This document shows, one piece after another, positions 1 to 14,019 of a DNA stretch of 64,000 nucleotides. Below the pieces are notes generated by a model. That model ran no database searches and was not told the origin of the DNA. It worked only from the letters and a program-made list of their open reading frames with translations. The position numbers and the translations under genes were made by a program. The stretch is taken from contig OX597825.1 in NCBI GenBank assembly GCA_951406725.2, positions 80,476,001 through 80,540,000 of the forward strand, in the 5' to 3' direction. The DNA is from Octopus vulgaris (lineage: Eukaryota). Within the stretch, counting starts at the first letter, position 1. Each line of letters begins with the position of its first letter.

Positions 1-89
1 TTCTAGCGCAAGGCATTCCTATGATGGAAGCCTCTTAATGTGTTTTAATGTACACAATATTTTATATATATATATAAAACAAAACAAAA

Positions 90-549
90 CTCTACTTGTG
101 AAGACCTGTTGAAGCAAGTGAGGATCAGAATCAAAATCGATCAATGGAAATTGCAGCTGAGTTACCAGTGCCGGTGGCACGTAAGAGAACCATCCGTTCG
201 TGACCGTTGCCAGCGCTGCCCCGACTGGCCTCGTGCCGGTGGCACGTAAAAGCACCGTCCGTTCGTGTCCGTTGCCAGCCTTGCCTAGCCCCCGTGCCGG
301 TGGCACGTAAAGGCACCATCCGTTCATGGCCGTTTGCCAGCTCCGTCTGGCACCTGTGCGGGTGGCACGTAAAAAGCACCCACTACACTCACGGAGTGGT
401 TGGCGTTAGGAAGGGCATCCAGCCGTAGAAACACTGCCAGATCAGACTGGGCCTGATGCAGCCTTCTGGCTTCACAGACCCCAGTTGAACCGTCCAACCC
501 ATGCTAGCATGGAAAGCGGACACTAAATGATGATGATGATGATGATGAT
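90..549 (+). mobile_element. SINE with internal tgccggtggcacgtaaaagcacc repeats and (GAT)n tail; others at about 1280, 2230, 3505, 4824(-), 16975, 26090, 28400, 33150 and 43146(-)
   Basis: GGTTGGCGTTAGGAAGGGCATCCAGCCGTAGAAAC..CCATGCTAGCATGGAAA..(GAT)n repeated throughout the window. Confidence 0.9.
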
Positions 550-605
550 ATATATATATATCATCATCATCATCATCATCATATATATATATATATATAC
601 ATGAA

Positions 606-860
606 GGCACATGGCTTAATGTTTTGTGCATTCAGCTCATGATCGTAAGGTCATGAGTTCAGTTCCCGGCGACACATTGTGTCCTTGGGCAAGACACTTT
701 ATTTCACGTTGCTCCAGTCCACTCAGCTGGCAAAAATGAGTAGTACCTGTATTTCAAAGGACCGGCCTTGTCATATTCTGTGTCATGCTGAATCTCCCTG
801 AGAACTATGCTAGGAGTACACATGACTGTGGATTGCTCAGTCACTGGTATGGTAACAAAT
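606..860 (+). mobile_element. tRNA-derived SINE with GTGTCCTTGRGCAAGACACTT (V-domain-like) core
   Basis: tRNA-like head; homologous copy at 37760-38066 on the minus strand. Confidence 0.75.
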
Positions 861-1591
861 GGTTCAATTGACACCAGTTTATTACTGGTATTTATTTCAT
901 CAACATGGAAGTATAATATGCAAAGATGGCTTTGACGAAGTTGAATATGAAAGAAACAAACAAAAGAAAACAGCTGGAATCATAATTCTTCTTCCTTGGA
1001 CAATACCAGGTTTAAGAATTCATATTTCTTTGAATATAACAAAGCTTAGGTATATGGGGGAGGTATAACTATTACTGGATAACTATCCTTAATTCAGGAT
1101 ACTTATTATTAAAGGTGCTCTGACTGTGACCACCACAATCTATGACCGCATTATCAGATATGTCCTTCTATTTCAAAGACAGAAGGACATGATTTGAAGG
1201 AAATTTGGTTGTTAATTCTAGCAGATCAATCAATCACAAAAAGGCACCCTCATTAGCTTGTAATATATATACATATATATATTGAGAAGAACACCCATCA
1301 AGCCAAGTAAAATCGAAGTCATGGCAGATACCAGTGTCACATACAAATGGCACCTGTGCCGGTGGCACATAAAAGCACCCATTACACTCTCAGAGTGGTT
1401 GGTGTTAGGCAGGGCATACAGCCATAGAAACCATACCAAATCAGACTGGGGTCTGGTGCAGCCTTCCAGCTTGCCAGCCCTGGTCAAACCGTCCAACTCA
1501 TGCCAGTGTGGACAATGGATGCTAAATGATGACGACGACAATGATGATGATGATGATGATGATATATATATATATATATGTATATATAAAC

Positions 1592-1783
1592 AATTGCAGC
1601 ATGGAAGGTGTTTATAAGCTACGAAAATATTTTGACACAAAGTAAATTTAAATATTGAAGTGAATCTAACGGTTTTTGTGTGTTTTTATTAAATGGCTTA
1701 TAAACACCTTCCATGCTGCAATTAGTTTTGTTTCAGCAGACAAACTCAGATCAAGTCACTTGCTATGCAAGTACATCTCCATT
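1592..1783. mobile_element. Second copy of the 45.1-kb family, opposite orientation, with a short 28-bp foldback
   Basis: aattgcagcatggaaggtgtttataagc and its reverse complement at about 1695-1722; shares the tail cacttgctatgcaagtacatctcca. Confidence 0.75.
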
Positions 1784-2009
1784 ATATATATATATATATA
1801 TATGCATGATCATTAGCACATGAGGGAAAATGTTTTGCAGCATTTCATTCGTCTTTATGTCCCGAGTTCAAATTCTGTCAAGTTTGACTTCGCCTTTCAT
1901 CTTTTCAGGATTGATAAAGTAAGTACCAGTTGAGTACTGGGGTTGATGTAATCAACTTACCCCCACACCTCCAAAATTACTGGTCTTGTGCCAAAATTTG
2001 AAACCCATA

Positions 2010-2050
<41 letters not shown>

Positions 2051-2372
2051 TTAAATGTACAAGGTGGAAGGAAAGATATCTATATATATATATGTGTATT
2101 TATATGTAGCTGTTATATATATGTGTTCATTATATATACACAATATATATATACGGAACGTGAAACTATAGCTTTTGTTACATATATATATATATATATA
2201 AAGCATATATATATATATATATATACATATTGGTTGGTGTTAGGAAGGGCATCCAGCCATAGAAACCATACCAAATCAGGCTGGAACTTGGTGCAGCTCT
2301 CTGGCTTACCAGTTCCAGTGAAACCATCATGCTAGCATGGAGAGCAGCTGCTGAATGATGATGATGATGATA

Positions 2373-2406
<34 letters not shown>

Positions 2407-2460
2407 ATATATATATATATATATATGTATATACTGTTAGATTATAGGATTAACTCTACA

Positions 2461-2800
2461 CCACCACCATCACTACAATCAACAGCACCAACACCAGTAT
2501 GTTCTACCAGCACCACTACCACCACCACCACCACCGCCGCCGCCGCCGCCGCCACCACCACCACCACCACCGCCGCCGCCGCCGCCACCACCACCACAAC
2601 CACCGCCACCACCACCACCACCACCTCCACCACCGCCACCACCACCACCACAACCACCGCCGCCACCACCACCTCCACCACCGCCACCACCACCACCACC
2701 GCCGCCGTCGCTGCCACCACCACCACCACTGTCACTACCTCCACAGCCACCGCCACCACCACTTCCACCGCCGCCGCCTCCACCGCAGCCACCACCACCC
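2461..2800. repeat. (CCA/CCG)n trinucleotide tract
   Basis: Direct reading; open in several frames. Confidence 0.9.
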
Positions 2801-5800
2801 CGATGCCTTCCAGTACATGCATAGTAATGAACTGTGCTGACAGAGAGGTGCAGTTGGTGCAGCCAGTTAAGTGCATTGTTCTGTGCATTCCTTTGGCCTT
2901 AATAAGAATTTCAGCTGTGTCAAGGGATTTACTCATGATTCACTGGCTTAGTGGTTAATACGTGTTAATGAACCAGCGAGGGAGCTTTCACAGAGTTGCT
3001 TGACCTGCTAGAAATAGGAGTTAAATATCCCTCAGATTGTATCCTACCCTTTTAAAAAAGGTAAGGTTACATTAGATAAAGTACTCCGAGATACACATGG
3101 CTGGTATGCCTTTGATAGAAGGTCTACTTGATCAGCTTTTACTTGGGACTAAACAACCACAACAGCAGCAGCGACAGTGGAGGTGCAATGGCCCAGTGGT
3201 AAGGGCAGCGGACTCGCGGTCTGAGGATCACGGTTTCAATTTAAGGGTATTGCAAAAGACCTTGTCGGAGGGCCCAAATTTCTAAGTTCTTTTACAGGGC
3301 TTAGAAAAACAGAAGGGCCACTGCAATAAGTGTGTGAATCTGAGAAGGGAATACATTGAATAAAATCATAGTTAACTGGCCCTCCTTTTACCCAAAGCCA
3401 GGAATTTTTCAGCACCCCCTTGTACATTTCAACAGAAATATGGTAACAATAATGTTAATGTATGGTACCATCAGATATTTAAAGATAACATCAAAAAATG
3501 AAATGGAAATTGTAGTTGTGATACCTGTGCTGGTGGCACGTAAAATGCACCATCCGTACGTGGCTGATGCCAGTGCCGCCTTGACTGGCTTTCGTGCCGG
3601 TTGCACGTAAAAAGCACCAACCAATTGTGGCCGTTGCCAGCCTCCCCTGGCACCTGTGTCGGTGGCACATAAAAAGCACCCACTACACTCACGGAGTGGT
3701 TGGCATTAGGAAGGGGCATCCAGCTGTAGAAACACTGCCAGATCAGACTGGAGCCTGGTTCAGCCTCCTAGCTTCCCAGACCCCGGTCGAACTGTCCAAC
3801 CCATGCTAGCATGGAAAACGGACGTTAAACGATGATGATGATGATGATGTAATCCTTATATGGAATTCTGGTGTGTTTAGTGGTTGTTTTTTTTTTTGTA
3901 AAAATGTAAAAGTTTTATATTCTCATTTCTTTCCTATTATAAATCCGAAGCCTTGAGCTCAAGCAACGCCTAAAGTATTTCATGAAAGTGGGTGGCAAAA
4001 TCTCATAGACTCTGTCTGTGTCTTTAAAAACAATAAAATTTCTTGGGAAATCTTATTTTTAACATGCAATCTAAAAAGCGGTTTAAGTTGTTGTGGCAAG
4101 TTGTGATAGTACAATACATAAGTAGGAGCAATAAATATTCTTTCAGTGCATATATTAGCAAAATTACCGTCACAGAGCAGCCAGGTGAGAAAAATAATGC
4201 AGGTGAAAATTCTTTCAACAAAGACTTCACAAATGTACTCCGCTTACTATTTTGTGAGAGATCAAATATCTCAGACTTGTCCTTTAGGTGAATGGTGGCA
4301 TGATGTGTTTCACACTGGTTCATCTTATACCAAAGCCTCTATGTGGTTATTCGGTCTACTAGAAATAGCAGTTAAATCTCTCTCAAATTGCAAAGAGCAA
4401 ATTGGAAAGAACTTGCTTATGTAGGTACTGTCAATTGGAAGCTCTATATACTAGATACCTGTGGGTTTCAGGGATCATCAAGAGAGACTCGACCCATTTT
4501 GGGGCCTTCTACTTGACAGCTTTACAACATACTCCCCCCTACACCTGTACTGATGTGAGGCCCCCCACCAACTTGATCAACCGACTAGTATTCGATCCAA
4601 CTTTTCTCATAAAAGGTGGGGAGGCTGTGAGGGTTTAAAAGGGGTGGACAAATTACCATATTTCATAAAAGAAAGGTTTTCTTTTTAATAGTTGTAATTC
4701 TGAGAAATCAGGACTTTCTGTAGAAAGCTCTTATAAAGATAAAAATTCTATTTCGTCTTTATTTCTGAATTTAGGTTGCATGATTCTTGACACAAATCAT
4801 GTTGTGTCTTGGGAGAGTCATTTCATCATCATCATCATCATCATCGTTATAGTCCACTTTCCATGCTAGCATGGGTTGGATGATTTGACTGATCTGGCAG
4901 AGTTTCTACAGCTGGATGCCCTTCCTAACGCCAACCACTCTGAGAGTGTAGTAGGTGCTTTTACGTGCCGCCGGCACAAGGGCCAGTCAGGCGGTACTGG
5001 CAACGACCATGCTCAAATGCTGCTTTTTATGTGCCACCTGTGCAGGAGCCAGTCCAGCGGCATTGGCAATGACATTGCTTGAATGTTTTTTCACGTGCCA
5101 CCATCACAAGTGCCAGTTAGGATCCACAGGTAACGATCGCTTTTGAATGGCGCTTTTTACGTGCCACTGGCATGGAGGCCAGTTTGTTGCTCTGACAACG
5201 ATCACACTAGAATGGTACTCTTAGCGCTCCACTAGCACGGATGCCGGTCAGCGAATTTAATTTTGATTTCGATTTCACTTGCCTCAATTGGTCATTTGGC
5301 CAATAATAATAATAATAATAACACACTCACACAGGTTCAATTCCACTTCTTTATTAGTAGTAATGATTGTTACCAATATATTAAACAAATGATCAATTAG
5401 TTAGTTGGTTCGATATTTAACCGATTGACTAACAATAATGATTCTCCCAAGACAAATGATTCTATATTGTCATTTATAAAGAAGAGCTGCAAAAAAAAAA
5501 AAGGAATAAAGTTCATTAATATGTATATTTTTGTGTGTGGGAGATTATCCTATTATTTATCAGAAAATTGCAGACCCTGTTGACCTCAATGTAAATATTT
5601 ACTGCTGGGTAGAAATCTTTTTTCTGCAATAAGCAGTGGCAATACTGTTAAATTGATGTGTGTTTAAATACTGTGGTGAGTTGGCAGTAAGTGTTGGTGA
5701 CTGGAAGAGCATCTTCCTGTACAATTCTGTCTCAAATAAATCTCCATCCAGACTGATGCTGGCATGGGGAAATACAATGGACATTACAGTTACATCTAAA

Positions 5801-5909
5801 CCACCTCTTTGATCGACTGGGTTGAGTGGGGAATGGTGGCTATTTTAGATGGGGCTAGGCCACAATGAGTTGACCTACTTTCGAAATGTGGTTTTCCAGT
5901 TGTTCTACT

Positions 5910-6152
5910 ATACCATGACCACCACAACCACCATGACCAATATCATGACAACGACTATGATGATTTCAAGGGCAACAACAATGACAACGACGACAGCGAC
6001 GATGACGATGATGACGATGACCACCACAACCACTACCACCACAACCACCACCACAATCACCATGACCACGACCACCACAACCACCACCACTACCACCACC
6101 ACCATCAACACCACCACGACCACCACAACACCACAACCATCACCACCACCAC
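5910..6152. repeat. (ACC/ACG/ATG)n tract
   Basis: Direct reading. Confidence 0.9.
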
Positions 6153-6239
6153 CTCATAATTTAATGTCTGTGTTCCATGCTGGTATGTGTTGACCAGTTG
6201 ACAGGATTTGACATGTCCAAAGACTGCATTGAATAATTT

Positions 6240-6570
6240 CACTTTTAGACTTCTTAATTCTGGGTCTAGCTTCCATACTTTGAATTTTGTCACTAATTTC
6301 ACTATAGATTCAACTATGATGGCTTTGTCATTGGCACACAGGCATTCCCATTGATAACTAATCTTAAACTCTGCTATGATAAACCTGCAAGACTATAACA
6401 AAAAGGAGAAGACCAAGGACTGAACCTTGATAGATTCCTACCTTTGCCCTAAATTTATCACTAAAATCATTGATGAGTCTCAGTTTATTTACTGCATTTT
6501 TATTCACAGCTTGTAAAGTCTTCACATGCCATTTGTCTACACCAAGTTACCTTGCTGACCTCCAGATTCC
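6240..6570 (-). mobile_element. RTE LINE RT fragment
   Basis: Minus strand reads LGVDKWHVKTLQ..KFRAKVGIYQGSVLG, matching the VGVHQGSVLSPLLF region. Confidence 0.6.
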
Positions 6571-6836
6571 TGAGTGAGTTACACCTGCCATGTACAAAGT
6601 TGTCTCAATTAGATTATTTCATAAAAACTAAGAACTGAATTCAATTGTTTAACTTGTGTAGTAAAAGGTATGGCAGCTGTTTAATGTTGTGAAGTGTCAA
6701 CAAAATTTCTTAATACTCTCCGACCCAGTTGACCTGGCTGTAAATAAATAATATAAAGCAGACAGGCACCTTACAGCTATTATGCCCTGTTGGGTCTCTT
6801 TGTTCAAGTCCAACCAGAGATGTGTTATAGCATGGG

Positions 6837-6920
<84 letters not shown>

Positions 6921-7086
6921 CTCTTCTTAATAAGACATATCCACTGTCACTGTACCTAATTAGAAACAAATAATTTAACACCATCACCCTCCTTCTCCCC
7001 TCCTCCACTTCTCTCCACCACCACCACCACCACCACCACCACCACCACTGCTACCATCATCATTGCTGGCACTGCACACACATATA

Positions 7087-7141
7087 TAAGGCTACCATTG
7101 GTTTCATGTTAAGAAAAGTAGGAAAACCATTGGTAGCCTTA
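7087..7141. repeat. Short inverted-repeat element, same family as 49254-49348
   Basis: aaggctacca(t/a)tggtttc ... aaaccattggtagcctt at both loci, with different spacers. Confidence 0.65.
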
Positions 7142-7211
7142 ATTCACAAGTAAAGAAATTATATCCACCAATGCAGTGTTGAGCACTCATTTTCATCATT
7201 TGACATTTATG

Positions 7212-7403
7212 TAAGATAAGGAGCAGTATATATTAAAAATGGGGAAGGCCAGTTCATGGCATTACCTTAGGTTTCCTGTCCATAAAGGGTTTGGCTTTAT
7301 GGTGTATTGTCAGATCCCAAAACCTGTTGACCCAAGGTCAACTGGTTTTTGGATCCCATAAACCAGCCTTCCCCATTTTTAATATATACTGCTCCATATC
7401 TTA
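7212..7403. mobile_element. Foldback or MITE-like element with about 40-bp inverted arms and an internal hairpin
   Basis: taagataaggagcagtatatattaaaaatggggaaggc with its reverse complement at the right end; internal hairpin gatcccaaaacctgttgacc/caa/ggtcaactggtttttggatc. Confidence 0.7.
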
Positions 7404-8201
7404 GAGTGTGCTTCTTCTTTCAGATTTAAGTTTTTTACAGACGATATATATGTATGTATGTATATATCTATGTATGTATATATGTATGTATGTATGTATG
7501 TGTGTATGTATTTATGTATGTATGTATGTATGTATGTACTTATGTATGTATGTATGATTGGTTTCTTTTGGTTTCCATCTACCAAATCCATTTACTAGGC
7601 TTTGGTTTAGCCTGGGGCTCTGATAGTAGACACTTGCCCAAGGTGTCACATTATGGGAGTGAGCCTGAAACCCTTTGGTTATGAAGTGAACATCTAAACC
7701 TACCAGCAGTAACTGTGCCTCTTAATAGAATGTCATAAGCAGAATTATCTTTCTGTGCCATGAGAAGAGATGAAATATGGAGTTTGGAAGATAGTTTTTC
7801 TGTGGAGAAGCAATGAAAAGTGTTCTGGTTAGGTCATGATATCTCAGCTTCTTAGAATTTTGATGGAAACTTTCATCTCCATTCACGGTGTTTCTCGGTT
7901 AAATCAGTCTTGTAGAAGACTCTTCATAATAATGGAATGGTCTAAGTCCAGTGATGCAATAATTATTTGAGGTATATTATTGTAAGTTAAAGGGTTTTTA
8001 TTTTGGACACAGATGCTTGTGATGAAATAGGCACTGACAAACCTTTGATACCAAAAGGCATAGTACGACTACAAAAAGTTTGTTATATTTTATAGATTTC
8101 AAGTCAGAATAGAAAATTATCATTTGTCTATAAAGGTATTTGTCTTGAATCCATCTGATTCTAAATTAAATGAGTCCTTATATTAAAAATGATACTGACA
8201 T

Positions 8202-8725
8202 TTAACCCATTCGTTACCAACCCGGCTGAAACCGGCTTTGGTTCTGAGTATAAATGTCTTGCTTCCATAAATTTTGAATGAAAATCTTCCACTAAACCTT
8301 AGTCACAATTTATGTTCCTAACACTGAGCTGAATGATAACTAAGTTATTTTACTATATTCTTTGTTATATTTAAGATTAAATGAAAGAACACAGAGCATC
8401 TTAACAGAAATATGGCAGCAAAAGGGTTAAAGACAGTCAAATGTGTCTTCAATTTGCACAAGATTTGGCTCTTATTTCTAACAAGCCAATCTGCAAATTA
8501 ACCTTTTTGATACCAACCTCGCTGAAACCACATCTGGCTATGAGTACAAATGTCTTATTTTTATAAGTTTTGAATTAAAATCTTCCACCAAACCTTAGTC
8601 ACAATTTATGTTCCTAACACTAGCTGAATGATTACTAAATTATTTTACTAAATTCTTTGTTATATTTAAAATAATTGAAAGAAACACAGAGCCTCTCAAA
8701 AGAAATACAGCAATGAAAGGGTTAA
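8202..8725 (+). mobile_element. Two adjacent copies (8202-8430, 8498-8725) of a 225-bp TTAA-flanked piggyBac-type MITE
   Basis: TTAA-CC(C/T)..AAGGG-TTAA ends; further copies at 15745-15961 and 20681-20909. Confidence 0.85.
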
Positions 8726-9591
8726 GAATGGCATTAATTTGTAGCCATGGATATCAAAGATATTTTAAAAATTTCTTTTGAATCTCAAAGATGAATACTT
8801 TAGATATTTCGATTTATTCATTTACAGGTATTTATAAAATTCGGTAAGTTCCAGAAATTTGCTTTTTTCTTTTCTTTTATTATTATTATACATTTATATT
8901 GCACAATCAAGAATGACTTGACAGAAATTGTTCAAAGAAGTTCTAGAAAGGCCCATGTTCTAAAAAAAAAAAAAAAAAAGAGGGTATAATTTTGGACTAA
9001 ATTGAATTTATATTTTCGGGTGAGCTAATAAAATTCTGTGTAAAATTAGAGAATTAATTATTTAAAATTAAACAGAAAACTATTAATTGGTTTGTAATCT
9101 CCACATAGACATTTGCCAGTCATTGCCCGAATTTTCTGTTAAGACATGACTAATCGATCGAAGCCTCGTTGTGGTAACAGTTGCGCTTTAAACTGTGGAC
9201 GCTTCAGCGATCGGATCTATTATTTATTTCACCAATAATGTCTTATTCTCGCTTCCCATCAAGACCAACGTATGTTTTCTCAACAGGATAGATATTTGGG
9301 GTGAGTATATACCCGTTACCTTAATCCAAACCCTTCCATCGAGACAGAATTTCCGCCGTCTTTCCCCGCTCAGAACATCATCTCCATATTGTTTCAATGT
9401 TTTCATTGTATGCCACAAAGTCCGGGATCAGTTTGACACAGCTCACAATGGCAAATCGACCACTGACTTTACGGCCACCTTTGTGCCACTTTTTACTCTT
9501 AATATTTTTTCTATTTATTTTCCTCTGCAGTTGTTTTATAAACATTCAAATCCATTTCTCCACCACCCTGTTACACCCTCTTCTCTCTCCC

Positions 9592-9643
<52 letters not shown>

Positions 9644-9782
9644 ACACGCATATATATATATATTGTTCTTGCTTTATTTTCAATTTCTTGGAAAAGCTTC
9701 CAAGGTTTTCTTTCTCTCACCATTCATTATTGTTGTTGTTGTTATTGTTGTAAATATCGTTGCTTATGATTATTGTTAGTAT

Positions 9783-10986
9783 TATATGTATATATATGTG
9801 TGTATATACATGTATACATGTGTATATATACATGTGTATATATATGTATACATGTGTATATGTGTAGATATATGTGTATATATGTGTGTATATATATATA
9901 TGTATATATGTGTATATGTATATATATATATGTATATATGTGTATGTATATGTATATGTGTGTATATATATATGTATATATGTGTATGTATATATGTGTA
10001 TGTATATATGTGTATGTATATGTATATATGTGTATGTATATGTATATATGTGTATGTATATGTATATATGTGTATGTATATGTGTATATATATGTATATG
10101 TGTGTATATATATGTATGTGTTTATATATATGTATATGTGTGTATATATATGTATATGTGTGTTTATATATATGTATGTGTTTATATATATGTATATGTG
10201 TGTTTATATATATGTATATGTGTGTGTGTATATATATGTATATGTGTGTATATATATGTGTATGTGTATATATATATGTATATGTGTGTATATATATGTA
10301 TATATGTGTGTATATATATGTATATATGTGTATATATATATGTGTATATGTGTGTGTGTATATATATGTATATATGTGTGTGTGTATATATATGTATATA
10401 TGTGTGTGTGTATATATGTGTGTATATATGTGTGTGTATATATGTGTGTATATATATGTGTATATATGTTTGTATATATATATATGTGTATATATATGTA
10501 TGTGTGTATATATATATGTGTGTGTGTGTATATATATGTATATGTGTGTGTATATATGTATATGTGTGTGTATATATATATGTGTATATGTGTGTGTATA
10601 TATATATGTATATGTGTGTGTATATATATATGTATATGTGTGTGTATATATATATGTATATGTGTGTGTATATATATATGTATATGTGTGTGTATATATA
10701 TATGTATATGTGTGTGTATATATATGTATATGTGTGTGTATATATATATGTATATGTGTGTATATATATGTATATGTGTGTATATATATATGTATATGTG
10801 TGTATATATATATGTATATGTGTGTATATATGTATATGTGTGTATATATATATATGTATATGTGTGTATATATATATATGTATATGTGTGTATATATGTA
10901 TATGTGTGTATATATATATGTATATGTGTGTATATATATATATATGTATGTGTGTATATATATATGTTTGTATATATATGTATATA
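9783..10986. repeat. 1.2-kb compound (TA/TG)n microsatellite
   Basis: Direct reading. Confidence 0.97.
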
Positions 10987-11541
10987 AAGAAAAAAAACCT
11001 TGAGTTTTTTTCTCAGTTTTAATGTGATATTTTCTTTAATCATTTAAAAAATATCCGAACAGTAAACGTTATGGTGATACTGTAAGGCTTATTAAATGTC
11101 ATTGAGAACCATCCGGTAAAATTTGTCCTTAACCACTCACCAATTATAATAATAATAATAATTGGTTTTAAGTTGTGGTACACGGTTAGCAAACTGTTGT
11201 AGGGTACACCGACTTGAGTATTTCACCGGTGCTTTGTATTATCGATCTCGAGGGGTATGAAAGGTAAAATTGATTTTGGTGGAACCCAAAGAACTGGAAC
11301 AAATACCCCAGGGACTTCTTTCTATACCCTATTGATTTCGTAAACCTATCGACTTGATAATGATAATAATAATAATAATCCTTTCTACTATAGGCCCATG
11401 GCCTGAAATTTGTGGAGAGGGAGTTTGTCGATGCAAATCGACAAAAGTGTTCGACTGGTTTTTAAGTTTCTCCTTATTTTATTGACCCCCGAAAGAATGA
11501 AAGGTCAAGTCGAACCCGGCGGAATTTGGGCACCTGTAGGA

Positions 11542-11747
11542 TACAAGGGTCCCGACCTGGGTTCCGAAATATTGACTTAACGATACAGTAAAGATGAACA
11601 TATTTAGTCAATTGTTTTATAATTATTTCGGTCAATGAACAAATACGATAAATTTTGTAAAAAAAAAAAAAAACTAGATTAAAAACAATCAAGTATTCAC
11701 AGAGGGTATTGTCGGGTACCGTTAAGTCAATATTTCGAGACCCTTGT
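11542..11747. mobile_element. MITE inserted in a SINE
   Basis: acaagggtc..cgaaatattgacttaacg matches cgttaagtcaatatttcgagacccttgt. Confidence 0.65.
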
Positions 11748-13079
11748 GGAAAGACTGTGTATCTCACTCGTACCGGAATTTGAGTTCAGAACGAAAAGAA
11801 CCGGAATAAATGCCGCTAAGCATATCGCCAGGTGCGCTAACGATTCGGGCAGCTCGCCACCTTAATAAGAATAATCAGAACAACAACAATAATAATAATT
11901 TTTACAGGAAGCACAAGGCTTCAAATTTGAAGGGAAGGGATTATTAAGTCGAATATATCGACCCCAGTGCGTAACTGGTACTTATTTACGGAATAACTGG
12001 TACTTTGTTACGGAATAACAACAACAACAACAACAACAACAACAATAATAATAAAAGAAAAGGGTGTAGCAATTTTCCTTGGTTAATATTTTGAGGTTGA
12101 TTCTTTTAAATAAAAATATGAGGCAATCTTTCGTTTTAACAATTATGAGATAATCCAATCTGTAAACGTCAAGCCTCACACACACCCACACATACATATA
12201 TATATGTAATGTGTGTGTCCTTTAAATGACAGTTGGTGAACTGTTTAAATGGCTTTTATAACTGTAGAAGGAAATATCAACATCATTATTAATTTTGTCT
12301 TTGCTTTTCTAAAGGACGAAGCTGTTTGTCCTCGGAAAAGAGAAAGTGAGAGACAGAAATTAATCAATACTCCGGCACTAATTATCATTGTTTCCATGAT
12401 GATAGCGAAACGTCAGATAAAGAAGAAAAAAAAATACATCCAAAAGTACACGGTCGTTGTTTTAACTCGAGGTCAGACTACATTGAGCAGATCTTTAGGG
12501 TCTTTGAGACGTTTTCAAGGCGTTTCAGCCGTGACCATCCCCTATTTCTCCTTCCAAGTTTGCTTCCCAACTATGTGATCAAGGGTTCGGTCCCTCTGCG
12601 TGACACCTTAGGCAAGTTTCTTGCACTGTATATAGCTCTTGTTAGATCAAGGCCACGCAAGTTAATCTGATAGACAAATACCGAAAGAAATCTGTATATA
12701 TATATGTGTGTGTGTGTGTCCATACTACTTGTCAACCGGTGTTGATTCGTTTACGTCCTCCGTAACTTAGCAGTTCGGTTTCAGAGACTGATAGAATAAA
12801 TATCACGGTTTAAAAAAAAAAAGTAATGGATCGATTTTTTCACTAAAATCTTCAAGGCGTTGCCCCAGCATGGCCGCAGTCCAAAGACTGAAACGAAGTA
12901 AAAAATAATATATATGTGTTTGTGTGTGTGTGTATATATATGATGGTCGTCTGTTATATAAACAGGTGCGTATTTGACAAGTCCGCCTAATTAATTCATT
13001 AAAAAAATAATTTATAAAAACAATTTCATGGATATCTTTAATAAAAATTATTTTAGAACAGCCTTCACGCTTCCATCTA

Positions 13080-13450
13080 AAATAATTTTGGCGCTAAGAC
13101 CGTTTTCTAAACACATTTTCTCAATGCGGGTGTGAAAACGAAGCAAAAAGTAGAAATGTTTTGGTGAAAAACGAATCTATATCCGCGCCAAATTTTCATG
13201 GCAACCCAAAACACAGGCCGCATTGTGGCGGGTGATGGCGTGGCTGAGGTGTTACGAAAGCCAAGTATTCTGGCGGCTAGTGACGAGTAGTGACATCTGA
13301 CATCTTAATACGGATGCTGTGGGTAGCTGCCCCCACGGGGCCTTGGGAAATATAATTTCGGATAATCTTGCTCAATATGTTCGTCTTATCAAAACGTCCT
13401 TGAACTTCGGTGTCAAAACGAAAGCGGCATAAACTAGTGAATTACGGGGA
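13080..13450. promoter_or_regulatory. Candidate promoter (CpG-rich; E2F-like and RFX-like motifs)
   Basis: TTTTGGCGC at 13086, CCGCGCCAAA at 13183, TTTTCATGGCAAC at 13193; unique sequence with locally high CpG. Confidence 0.45.
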
Positions 13451-14019
13451 ATAAATTTAATACGTTGCATAATAGTAATAGTTTCAGATTTTGCCGCAAG
13501 GGCAGCAATTTTGGGGGAGGGGGTGATGAGTCGATTACATCCAACTGGTACTTATTTTGACATTCTTTCGTTTTCACCCGCATAAACGTCAAAATTCGAT
13601 CGTATGGGATCATATGATTTGTTTGTTAATTTCCGAAAAAAATTTTCATTTACTTTTGTTTTCATGGCGTGTGAAAGATGTATGTAGACTACACACACAT
13701 ACACCCGTTATCTTTCATATACACGTATATACATAAATACATATGCATGCATCTTTTTTGTATGTGTGTGTGAAAGAGAGAGAGTGAAGGTGTGTGTTCC
13801 CGTATGTATTTTTTTGCCTGTATATGTAAGTGGCTAAGGTTTGTTCTTACTGGCTTCATTTGTTTCACAAAAGAAGGTCAGAAATTTAAACTCTAAATTT
13901 CCCAGAGCTAACTAAAACTGTTCCACATTTTATCTGTACCTGTTTAATCTAGAGTGTGGGATTCATGTATGCATAAACACATACATACATACTAGCAGGT
14001 CAGCAAGCTGAGAATGGAT

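Noticed and set aside
160-380. Short direct repeats (tgccggtggcacgtaa) with variable spacers, CRISPR-like
   Set aside because: Internal repeats of an abundant SINE family; spacers are related to each other and recur in other copies.
2401-2958. Mucin-like Thr/Ala ORF or polyproline exon
   Set aside because: Trinucleotide tract open in nearly all frames, starting in a TA repeat, with no partner exons; cannot be fully excluded.
5400-5490. Minus-strand terminal exon LFFINDNIESFVLGES..
   Set aside because: Overlaps a motif (tgtcttgggaga.tcatt) also present at about 4805, so probably repeat-derived.
6680-6740. Minus-strand acceptor with PGQLGRRVLRNFVDTSQH-stop
   Set aside because: Short and unrecognised, with no supported upstream exon.
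9773-11043. 400-aa ORFs rich in Y/I/V/C/M, and similar ones at 33k, 41k, 46-47k, 49k and 60k
   Set aside because: Translations of (TA/TG)n microsatellites, which lack stop codons.
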